Positions 1-8,141 of a stretch of DNA of 64,000 nt are shown here, piece by piece (the first letter of the stretch is position 1; every line of letters starts with the position of its first letter). The DNA is from an uncultured delta proteobacterium. GTDB lineage: Bacteria; Myxococcota_A; Polyangia; Polyangiales; Polyangiaceae. Made by a program: the position numbers and the translations under genes. The stretch is taken from NCBI GenBank assembly GCA_963696385.1, contig CAVOKF010000004.1, forward strand, positions 160,001-224,000, written 5' to 3'. Below the pieces are notes generated by a model that was given only the letters and a program-made list of their open reading frames with translations, was not told where the DNA came from and searched no databases.

Positions 1-2
1 AA

Positions 3-710
3 GTCTTTCGTTCGGCGCATCGCGCGTTCGCCGTGGATCGTCGCGCCGAGTTCGAGGCGTCACGGCGACGCCTCGGCGTCACGGCAGAGCGCGGCTTTCT
101 TCAGCGCACCCCGAATGGCGACCTCGCGGTCGTCGTATTCGAGGTGTCGGATCCCACTCGTTTGTTGACAAGCGCAGCGTCCTCGACGGCACAGCTAGAT
201 GCCGACTTCCGTAGCTATCTGCTCGATGTCTTCGGGCTAGATCTCACCCAGATGCCGGCGACGCCACCGTCAGAACAGGTCTTTGACTGGCACGGAGGAG
301 CTGCGATCGACCGAACCGACATCGAGAAACTAATCCGGCGCTGGACTCGCGAAGCGATTGCCGAGGGTCACCTTGACGTTTTCAACGAGCTGCTCGCTCC
401 TGACGCGCTGGATCGAAGCGGTCCCGCCCCTGCGCTCGGCGTCGAGTCCTTCAAGGCTCGTGCTGCAGGGGTTCGCGCCGCCTTCTCGGATATCCAGATC
501 GTCATCGATGATCTCGTCGTAGATGGCGACACCATCGCCTGGCGCTGGACCTTGACCGGCGTGCACGTCGGATCCTTTGCGGGACTCGCTCCGACCGATC
601 GGCGCGCCGCCCTGCGAGGCGTTAACTTTCAACGCATCGAGAACGGCAGAGTCGTGGAGCACTGGAGCATGGTCGATGTTTTTGGGGCGCTGCAAGCCCT
701 CCGGTCGTGA
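3..710 (+). CDS. Two-domain protein: N-terminal unknown domain plus C-terminal SnoaL/ester cyclase (NTF2-like) domain; probably 5'-truncated by the window edge
   Basis: C-terminal half has ester-cyclase motifs (AAFSDIQIVIDDLVVDGDTIAWRWTLTGVHVGSFAGLAPT...GRVVEHW). The frame is open back to the window start. Confidence 0.75.
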   Translation, partial: VFRSAHRAFAVDRRAEFEASRRRLGVTAERGFLQRTPNGDLAVVVFEVSDPTRLLTSAASSTAQLDADFRSYLLDVFGLDLTQMPATPPSEQVFDWHGGAAIDRTDIEKLIRRWTREAIAEGHLDVFNELLAPDALDRSGPAPALGVESFKARAAGVRAAFSDIQIVIDDLVVDGDTIAWRWTLTGVHVGSFAGLAPTDRRAALRGVNFQRIENGRVVEHWSMVDVFGALQALRS

Positions 711-929
711 CTGGACGCGGGACGTTACCGCCGCTCGAGAGCCGGATGGCGAGCGTCTGCCAGCACTCGCCGATGCCAAGACGAATGAGGCGACGCTGCT
801 GCTCATGGCTTAGAAGCGCGACCTACAGCGCGAGGTCGAGGCGCATGGGCGCGACCTCCGAGGGCGAGGTTTTGTAGATGGGGCCGGCGGCGGCCCGGCA
901 ATCCCGGACCTGGCGCGTCCCAACCGGCT

Positions 930-1250
930 CAGAACTTCGGTGGTACGTCACCGAGGCGCTTCTCGACGAGTACCGTGAAGTGCTCGCCCGTTCTGAGCTC
1001 GAGATCCGCAAGGGACAGCGCGCGCAACTCATCCAGCTTCTCGAAGACCGGACGCATCGCATGCGCCCTTGGCCGCGCGCTTCAAGTGACGCCCGACCCG
1101 GACGACAACATGTTGCTCGAGTGCGCGGATGCAGCGCGGGCCGACTATCTCGTAACCGGCAACCAGCGCTACGTTCCGGCGTTCTGGAAGCGCACGAAGG
1201 TGATCGCTTCGCGCAAGCTTATCGCCATCGTTCCGCCACATCTGACGTAG
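930..1250 (+). pseudogene. PIN-domain TA toxin remnant (5'-truncated, frameshifted)
   Basis: YVTEALLDEYREVLAR...LIQLLE in one frame continues as VTPDPDDNMLLECADAARADYLVTGNQR in another (shift near 1068). The N-terminal DTN motif is absent. Confidence 0.75.
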
Positions 1251-1432
1251 ACCGGTTCATGGAAGCTTGTGCGCACCAATGCTCTGACCTGGCGTGCAGA
1301 CGGCCGCCGCGCAGGCCCCCGATCAGAACCTCGGTGCGGTGTTCCTCAGGACCGAAACCGCAGCTTGAATGGTGCGTATCGATTCACTTCGGCGTCCACG
1401 AGCGTTAAACTTATCGCAAGCGACCGACCGAC

Positions 1433-1798
1433 CTACCGAGCCCACGGTGAGTCGGAAGGTCCCGGACCCCCCGGCGGGACTCGAGAACCGCTTGGCAAGA
1501 GCGGCGTCGGCGGCGGGCTGGGCATGTCGTCGTAGATGGCGCAGCAGGTCCCCGCGAGACAGGTTCCGAAGTTGCCGCCGGCAACGTAGCCCGCCGGGCA
1601 GCACATGGCGCTTCGTCCGCCGGCGTCTACGAGGTTGCCTTGGTCGTCGATACGGCACGGCTGGAGACGGGGGGGGGTCAATCGAGCCAACGTGGCTCCG
1701 TGGTTGTCCGCCACGACGCAGGCCGTGAGAAACATCAGCAACGCGACAAGACCTGGCCTCACGGCGAGAGGGTACGCGACTCGGTGCGCGTGGGCCAT
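1433..1798 (-). CDS. Small Cys-rich putative lipoprotein
   Basis: Hydrophobic stretch ending LTAC, then CCPAGY...CLAGTCC, and a Pro-rich tail. Confidence 0.4.
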   Translation of the reverse strand: MAHAHRVAYPLAVRPGLVALLMFLTACVVADNHGATLARLTPPRLQPCRIDDQGNLVDAGGRSAMCCPAGYVAGGNFGTCLAGTCCAIYDDMPSPPPTPLLPSGSRVPPGGPGPSDSPWAR

Positions 1799-2036
1799 GA
1801 CACGGCATTGCATGGCGAGCGAGTTCCCGACGGTCGAGTTCGTCGGCCATCCATTGCGGAATAGATCCTTCGTGCGCCTTGATGGCCTCGAGCTCCTCCG
1901 GATGTTTGGCCATGTTGTTCGCGAGGGCGTCCGCGAGTTCGGGCGCGAGGGATTCGCCGCGCTCGAGGCATTCGCCCGCGAGACGAGGGCGGCGGCCTGA
2001 AGACGGGGATCGCGTACAGACAAGCGATGGCGCCGT

Positions 2037-3965
2037 TCAGTCCCTGTAGGTAGTCAGAGCGTCGCCGAGGCCATCCTTGAGCGGCCCCAGCCAGCGTTCA
2101 TACTTCCTCCACTGGTCGACGCCCTCGCGGCTGATGGGCTGCCGAACCTGCTCCGAACTGGCCGTTCGCACGTTACGCTCAGTCTTGTGGAACTCCAGAC
2201 AGGCCGGCTCGAAGCGCAGGCCGCAGAAGTCCAGGATGCGGCGCACATTGCCCTCCAGGTTTTCCACCACGTCTTCGTGTTGCACCGTCAGGATCCACCC
2301 CGGCAACGCCTCGTTCCAGTGCCGCATGAGCTCGAGATAGTTGCGGTAGTAGTGTGCGATGTCCGCGATGCTGTAACTGAACTCCTGACCGCCCGAAAAC
2401 AGCTGCTTGAGGTTGCCGAAGCAGCAGGCCATGGGTTCGCGCCGGGCGTCGATGATTTTTGCGTTCGGCAGCATCAAGTGGATGAGGCCGACGTCGCGGA
2501 AGTTGTCCGGCAACTTGTCGATGAAGAACGGGCGCCGCGTCTGTCGGTAGATCCGGGTGTCGGCCATGAAGCGTTCACCGAACTCGCGGAAGTCCTGCGG
2601 CTTCAGCTCGGCCAGTACTCCCGGGTAGCGCGGGGTTCGCAGGTCCGTGTCGCGGCCGCGTAACCCCATCACGATGCGCTGGATGTCCGCCAGTTCCTGC
2701 GTGCCCTCGACCTCCGAATGCGAAGCCAGGATCTGTTCGATGAGTGTCGAGCCGGACCGCGTTAGCCCCAGGATGAAGATGGGACCCGCATCCGCGACAC
2801 CCCAGCCCCTGCGAGAGTCGAAGAATCCCCGCCTGCACACCTGCTTCGACTGCCGGACGTGGGCCTCGACAAGCCTGGGCAGGTAACGAACTTCCGCGTG
2901 CTTGAGCGCATTGCCGCGCTCGTAGTACGACCAGGAGTCGGCATAGTCATTCTGGTCTTCCAGTGCCTTGCCCAGCGCAAAGCACAGGTGGGAGCGGTCC
3001 ACAAGAGATGTGGACGGTGCAGCTTCCGCCGAGCGCATGCGCGCGATGTCCTCGAGGGAAAAGTGATACGTCTTGAGATTCGCCAGACCCCACCACGCCT
3101 CGCCCGATTCCGGCCAGGCGGCGATGGCGGCACGGTACCCCTGGATCGCCTCCGTCTGGTGCCCCTTGGTTCTCAGGGAGAACGCGATCCACATGTGCAG
3201 TTCTGCGGATTCCCGTCCCGGTTCGGCATCGCCCAGCAGCCGACGGTACAGGCTGATCCCGGGCTCGTAGTCACCCAACCTGATGCAGGCCTCTGCGTAC
3301 TGCCGGAGGTATGCTCTGTTACCCGGATCGAGCTCGAGCAACTGCTGGATCTCCTGGCGGGATCGCACATAGTTGTGTTGGTCGAGCAGCGAGCGAGCGT
3401 AGTCGGCGCGCGCGGCGCGGTAGCCCGGGGCCCGTTGTACGACGGCTTCCAGCAGCCGCTCGGCATCGGCCCGCAACCCGCGGGCGATGCAGATGCGCCC
3501 CAGCAGGCGCATGGCCTCGATGTGCTCTCCATGCTTCGCCAGGTACATCCGCAGGACGCGCTCGCCATGAATAAGGTCCCCGTCAGCGAACAGGCTGCCC
3601 GCCTCGACGATCTCAGAAGGCAGGTTGCCCAGCGTGGCGAGGCGATCCGCGATCCTGGCGGCGTTCTCTTCATCCCCCATTTCCAGATACAGGGCGTGCA
3701 GCATCTGCCAGCTGGCGGGCAGAGCGGCGTTGATGGTCACGGCCTGCCAGAAGGCGTCGATGGCTTTCGGCGCATCGCTCAGAGCGGCGTAACAGTGGCC
3801 ACGCTCCTCGTACAAGCGGCTGTAACGGGGATGCAGCTGCTGCAGCCGCTCCAGTACGCCCAGCGCCTCATCGAAGTGGTTGATCAAGCGCAAGTTCACG
3901 GCCTGCATGTAAAGCTCGGCGCGGTTTTGCGGGAATTGCGACAGCATTTCGGCTGAGAAGTTCAT
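2037..3965 (-). CDS. TPR-repeat sulfotransferase, paralog 1
   Basis: N-terminal TPR-like helices; 5'-PSB loop FILGLTRSGSTLIEQIL; FIDKLPDNF; IIDARREPMACCFG; RTASSEQVRQPI. Start taken at ATG 3965 (alternative 4010). Confidence 0.92.
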   Translation of the reverse strand: MNFSAEMLSQFPQNRAELYMQAVNLRLINHFDEALGVLERLQQLHPRYSRLYEERGHCYAALSDAPKAIDAFWQAVTINAALPASWQMLHALYLEMGDEENAARIADRLATLGNLPSEIVEAGSLFADGDLIHGERVLRMYLAKHGEHIEAMRLLGRICIARGLRADAERLLEAVVQRAPGYRAARADYARSLLDQHNYVRSRQEIQQLLELDPGNRAYLRQYAEACIRLGDYEPGISLYRRLLGDAEPGRESAELHMWIAFSLRTKGHQTEAIQGYRAAIAAWPESGEAWWGLANLKTYHFSLEDIARMRSAEAAPSTSLVDRSHLCFALGKALEDQNDYADSWSYYERGNALKHAEVRYLPRLVEAHVRQSKQVCRRGFFDSRRGWGVADAGPIFILGLTRSGSTLIEQILASHSEVEGTQELADIQRIVMGLRGRDTDLRTPRYPGVLAELKPQDFREFGERFMADTRIYRQTRRPFFIDKLPDNFRDVGLIHLMLPNAKIIDARREPMACCFGNLKQLFSGGQEFSYSIADIAHYYRNYLELMRHWNEALPGWILTVQHEDVVENLEGNVRRILDFCGLRFEPACLEFHKTERNVRTASSEQVRQPISREGVDQWRKYERWLGPLKDGLGDALTTYRD

Positions 3966-4112
3966 GACAACCGCAATCAATGAAAGGCAACACAACGCAA
4001 TGGTCAGCACTTCGCGACACCTGATTCTACAGCAACATCAGGGCGAACACGTGCAGTCCAGCCGCTGGCTGCCGACGCGTCCCGAAAAGCAGCTTTCTCG
4101 GATGCCGTGATC

Positions 4113-4157
4113 GCGTCACAAACCTTTCACGGGGACTTAGCAATCCGGCCCTAAGCT
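4113..4157 (+). promoter_or_regulatory. Putative Pho box with downstream -10, upstream of phospholipase C
   Basis: GCGTCAC-AAAC-CTTTCAC (4113-4130) is an 11-bp-period direct repeat matching CT(G/T)TCA(C/T). A weak third repeat ends at 4141, and TAAGCT (4152-4157) lies 10 bp later. Confidence 0.6.
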
Positions 4158-4242
4158 CGAAATGCAGGCGCGTGGCCGCACATCGTCGCTACCACTTCGT
4201 TGAAATCAACACCTGGATCCCGATCCGGGAAGGGGAGATTCT

Positions 4243-6630
4243 GTGGCAAATGATCGCAAGCTGAGGGATCGTCGTGAATTTTTGCAGCTGACGGGCCTGG
4301 GCTCGGCCGCCGCCGTCCTCCACTCGTCCGTCGCCAAGGCGCTGACCATTCCGGCGAACGTCAAGACCGGCACCATCATGGACGTCGAGCACATCGTGAT
4401 CCTGATGCAGGAGAACAACTCGTTCGACGAAGTATTCGGTACCCTGCGCGGAGTGCGCGGCTTCTCCGACCCGCGCGCGGTTAAGCAAAAGAACGGTAAC
4501 TCCGTGTTTTTGCAGCCGGCCGCGCCGACGTTCGGCGCTCCTGCCACCGGCTATGTGGAAAACGGCGTGACTTATGGCTGGCCCGCCAATCAGTTTGGCG
4601 GTGTGACGGCCGATCTGGTGGTGCCGCCATTCCAGATCAATGCGTCGGCCGCGACGGCGGCGAACGCGCCCTCCGCCACCCTTCCGACCGACAGCTTGAA
4701 TCTGGTGTATCGTCCGGGACTGGACCACGGCTGGCCTCTCGGCACCGAAGCGCGAGACGGCGGTGAGTGGGATGGTTGGGTCTCGGCGAAGAACCCCCTG
4801 ACCATGGCGTACCGCGAGCGCCCGGACGTTCCGTATCACCGCGCGCTGGCCGATGCCTTCACGGTCGGCGACAACTACTACTGCTCGTTCCGTGGTCCGA
4901 CCAACGTGAACCGCTGCTACCTGTGGACCGGTTGCAACGGCAACATTCCGGGCAACATCCTGCCCAACGGTACCCCAACCGTTCAAGGCACCAACGGCCA
5001 TGGCGGCGGCATCGTGCTCAGCAACGGTTATTTGGATGGCTATCCGCTGTCGTGGCCGACCTACCCCGAGTTTCTGGAGGCCGGCGGCGTCAGCTGGCGC
5101 ATCTACCAGGATATCGTGGGTGACTCGGTGTCGACCCCGACCGTCATCACCAACGATCAGGGCAGCGGGCCGATTCCGACGAACTCCGCTGGCCAACCGG
5201 TTTGCAATGGCAGCTTCGTCGGTAACTACACGGACAATCCGGTGTTGTACTTTCAGCAGTACGCCTACGCGCCAGCGAGCTCGCCGCTGTTCCAAAAGGG
5301 CGCGACGGGCACCGCCCTCGCCTATAACACTCCCGCGCTCACGGCGCCCCGCGCCGCGTGGGAGACTTGGGCCGAGGGCCTGTTCGCCCAGTTTCAGAGC
5401 GACGTAACGAACGGCACGCTGCCGCAGGTGTCTTGGCTGGTCGCCCCGTACGGCTATTGCGAGCACCCGGCCGCCCCGAACGGCTACGGTGCCTGGTACA
5501 TCTCTCAGGTCCTTGATATCCTGAGTTCGAGCCCGGAGGTGTTCAGCAAGACCGTGTTCATCATCAACTACGACGAGAACGATGGTTCCTTCGACCACTT
5601 GCCAGCGCCCGTTCCGGCGATCAGCACTGACGGTTCGGACGGTGCCACGACGATCACCGCCGACTACGAGCAGGTGCCGGGTTCGCCTGCGCTGCCAATG
5701 GGATTCGGCTTCCGTGTACCGTTTCTGGTAGTTTCGCCCTGGAGCAAGGGCGGGTACGTGAACTCCGAACTGTCGGACCACACCTCGATCGTCAAGTTCA
5801 TCGAGAAGCGCTTCGGCGTGTATTGCCCGAACATCACGCCCTGGCGCCGTGCAGTGAGTAGCGATTTGACCTCCTTTTTCAACTTCGCCAATCCCAACGG
5901 TCCGGTCGCGCAGCTTCCGGACACGTCCGCGTGGCTGCCGGAGGAGCTGCCTTCGGGTGGCGGTTCCAGCCTGACGCCCTCATCGGCTTCGCAGATCACC
6001 TTGGGCGTCCCGACGCAGGAGCGAGGCGTGCGCCCGGCGCGCGCGCTGCCCTACGACCTGGAGGTCACCGCCGCGGTGAACGCCTCCGTCGGCACCGTGA
6101 CCCTGACGTTCGTCAACACCGGCCGCCAGGCCGCGGTCTTCTCGGTGCGCTCGGTCAACGCCGCGGACGCTGTGCGTGCCTACACCGTAGAATCGGGCAA
6201 GTCGCTGTCGGGTACCTGGGACATTTCCCTGGTCTATGGCCTGTCGGTTTACGGCCCGAACGGCTTCCTGCGTCAGTTCAACGGCAGCAACGACAGCGCC
6301 GCCGCGCTGCTTGGCGTTACTGCGACGCACGGATTGGGGGGCTGTGGTTCGTTGGTGCTGCAAATCGCCAACCTGAAAGAGAACAAGGCGAGCGTCGCGG
6401 TGACCGACGCCTATACGGGTAAGATCGTCTCAGCGTTCTTCACCGGCCGTGGCAATGAAATGGCGTACGACTGGTCGTTGGAAGAGTTCCACGGTTGGTA
6501 TGACCTAGTCATCACGGTCGAGGAGGACGCGACCTTCGAGTATCGCTTCGCGGGCCACATCGAGACCGGCCGCGAGAGCATCTCCGATCCGGCGATGGGT
6601 GGGCTCGTCACCCTGAGGGTTCCTGTTTGA
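4243..6630 (+). CDS. plc: Tat-exported phosphocholine-specific phospholipase C (PlcN/PlcH phosphoesterase family, C-terminal DUF756-like repeats)
   Basis: Tat motif DRREFLQL; HIVILMQEN-SFD; GPTNVNR; LPQVSWLVAP..CEHP; YDENDGSFDH; GFRVPFLVVSPWSKGG; DHTS; RFAGHIETGRESISDPAM. Confidence 0.93.
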   Translation: MANDRKLRDRREFLQLTGLGSAAAVLHSSVAKALTIPANVKTGTIMDVEHIVILMQENNSFDEVFGTLRGVRGFSDPRAVKQKNGNSVFLQPAAPTFGAPATGYVENGVTYGWPANQFGGVTADLVVPPFQINASAATAANAPSATLPTDSLNLVYRPGLDHGWPLGTEARDGGEWDGWVSAKNPLTMAYRERPDVPYHRALADAFTVGDNYYCSFRGPTNVNRCYLWTGCNGNIPGNILPNGTPTVQGTNGHGGGIVLSNGYLDGYPLSWPTYPEFLEAGGVSWRIYQDIVGDSVSTPTVITNDQGSGPIPTNSAGQPVCNGSFVGNYTDNPVLYFQQYAYAPASSPLFQKGATGTALAYNTPALTAPRAAWETWAEGLFAQFQSDVTNGTLPQVSWLVAPYGYCEHPAAPNGYGAWYISQVLDILSSSPEVFSKTVFIINYDENDGSFDHLPAPVPAISTDGSDGATTITADYEQVPGSPALPMGFGFRVPFLVVSPWSKGGYVNSELSDHTSIVKFIEKRFGVYCPNITPWRRAVSSDLTSFFNFANPNGPVAQLPDTSAWLPEELPSGGGSSLTPSSASQITLGVPTQERGVRPARALPYDLEVTAAVNASVGTVTLTFVNTGRQAAVFSVRSVNAADAVRAYTVESGKSLSGTWDISLVYGLSVYGPNGFLRQFNGSNDSAAALLGVTATHGLGGCGSLVLQIANLKENKASVAVTDAYTGKIVSAFFTGRGNEMAYDWSLEEFHGWYDLVITVEEDATFEYRFAGHIETGRESISDPAMGGLVTLRVPV

Positions 6631-6653
6631 TCTGAGGCGATGAGCGGGGTGTG

Positions 6654-6683
6654 CCGCCGCGGCCGCTGCTCCAGCCGCGGCGG
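6654..6683. terminator. GC-rich hairpin after plc (possible terminator or stabiliser)
   Basis: CCGCCGCGGC-N10-GCCGCGGCGG perfect 10-bp arms; no U-tract. Confidence 0.35.
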
Positions 6684-6769
6684 AGACCTTCCGAGGGCTT
6701 GATGAAGCCATTCTGGCGGGCTTTCGTCGCACGCGTTTAGGCGCTCAGAAACATCGCGCATGGTCCTGC

Positions 6770-6800
6770 TTGACCTTCCGGTCATCGGAAGGTGCATGAT
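6770..6800 (+). promoter_or_regulatory. CueR/MerR-type promoter-operator
   Basis: -35 TTGACC (6770-6775), 19-bp spacer, -10 CATGAT (6795-6800). The embedded ACCTTCC-N7-GGAAGGT (6773-6793) is the CueR operator consensus. Confidence 0.85.
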
Positions 6801-6805
6801 TGCTA

Positions 6806-8000
6806 GTACCTCGAATCCATTGACGCGACGGGTTTTGCTTTCCATGGCGACGAGGGCGTGCTCCATGGTGGGCCATGAAAAAGCGCTACGTAGTGAATCT
6901 GACGGTGGACGAGCGGGCGGCGCTGACGCAGCTCGTGAAGCGTGAGCGCGTCTCGGGCCTGAAAAGGCTTCGCGCAAGCATTTTGCTGAAAGCCGACGAA
7001 GGGCTGACCGATCAGGAAATCTCGGACGACTTGGAGGCCGGGCTCGTCACGGTGGAGCGCGTGCGCAAGCGCTGCTGCGAGCGCGGCGTCGAAGCGTGCC
7101 TGGAGCGCAAGCCCCAAGACACCCCGTCGCGGCCGCGAAAGCTCGACGGGGCCTCGGAGGCGCGGCTGGTTCAGATTGCTTGCAGTGAGCCGCCCGCAGG
7201 GCGGGCACGGTGGACCATCTCGCTTCTCGCGGACCGACTCGTCGAGCTGAAGGTGTTCGACTCCGTCAGCCCGAGCACGGTCCAGCGCGGTCTAAAAAAA
7301 ACGAAATCAAGCCCTGGCTTGTAGAGCGCTTCTGCATTCCGCCTGAGGAAAACGCGGCGTTCGTAAAGTGCATGGAGGATGTGCTCGACGTTTACCATCG
7401 ACCCTATGATCCGGACCGGCCGCAGGTCTGTCTCGACGAGACCAGCAAGCAGTTGCTCGAGCACACCCGCCAGCCCGTTCCTGCGAGCCCCGGCACACCG
7501 GCCCGCGTCGATGACGAATACAAGCGGTGCGGCACAGCCAACATCTTCGCTGCCGTGGAACCGCTGACCGGGCAATCCGTCGTCGAAGTGACCGAGCGAC
7601 GCACGGCCGTCGACATGGCGCATTTCTTAGCCCGCCTGTCCGACGAGACCTACGCAACCGCGACCGTCATCGTCTTGGTCATGGACAACCTCAACATCCA
7701 CGATCTTTCGTGCCTGTACGAAGCATTCGCGCCCAAAGAGGCTCGTCGTCTGGTCGAGAGGTTCGAGGTTCACCACACCCCCAAGCACGGCAGTTGGCTC
7801 AACGTCGCCGAAATCTTCCTCTCGACCCTATCGATACAGTGTCTCGACCAGCGCGTCGGCAGCATCGGCGCGCTCCACACGATCGTCTCCGCGTGGCAGG
7901 CTTCGCGACCCGACCGCAAGGTCAACTGGCGCTTCACCACGGCGGACGCACGCATCAAGCTGCGCCGCCTCTACCCTTCCATTCCGTAGAATCGGGGTAC
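6806..8000 (+). mobile_element. IS630-family insertion sequence (about 1.2 kb)
   Basis: Terminal IRs GTACCTCGAATCCA / GTACCCCGATTCTA (11/14). TA duplication at 6804-6805 and 8001-8002. The empty site would read TGCTAGCA. Confidence 0.92.
6875..7989 (+). CDS. tnp: IS630 transposase, orfA (HTH, 6875-7324) fused to orfB (DDE) by a programmed -1 frameshift
   Basis: A8 run at 7294-7301 (A AAA AAA C) joins RGLKK to KNEIKPW. DDE residues in VCLDETSKQ, LVMDNLNIH and WLNVAEI. Confidence 0.9.
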
Positions 8001-8007
8001 TAGCACC

Positions 8008-8141
8008 ATGAACTCATCCGCAACGGGGAACTGTCGGTCGAAGAAGTGGTCTGCGCCTTGTGCGTGCGACGGGTCGGACGTGCGCTCAAGGCAGTGCCGG
8101 GCGTCGAGGCCGTAGGCAACCGGACCTGCGTGAAATTTTGA
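8008..8141 (+). pseudogene. Degenerate copZ/HMA-domain relic
   Basis: ATG 8008 MNSSAT, then a frameshift, then ELSVEEVVCALCVRRVGRALKAVPGVEAV, which resembles the HMA pattern LxVEGMTCxxCVxRVExALxxVPGV. It is contiguous with the CueR promoter once the IS is removed. Confidence 0.7.

Noticed and set aside
711..930. Gene between the cyclase and the PIN remnant
   Set aside because: The coding-like frame is interrupted by a stop and matches no recognisable family.
4189..5781. Long antisense ORFs (also 20057-22462, 26172-27923, 43535-45436, 54316-56406)
   Set aside because: Shadows of real genes in high-GC DNA; Arg/Ala-rich with no motifs.
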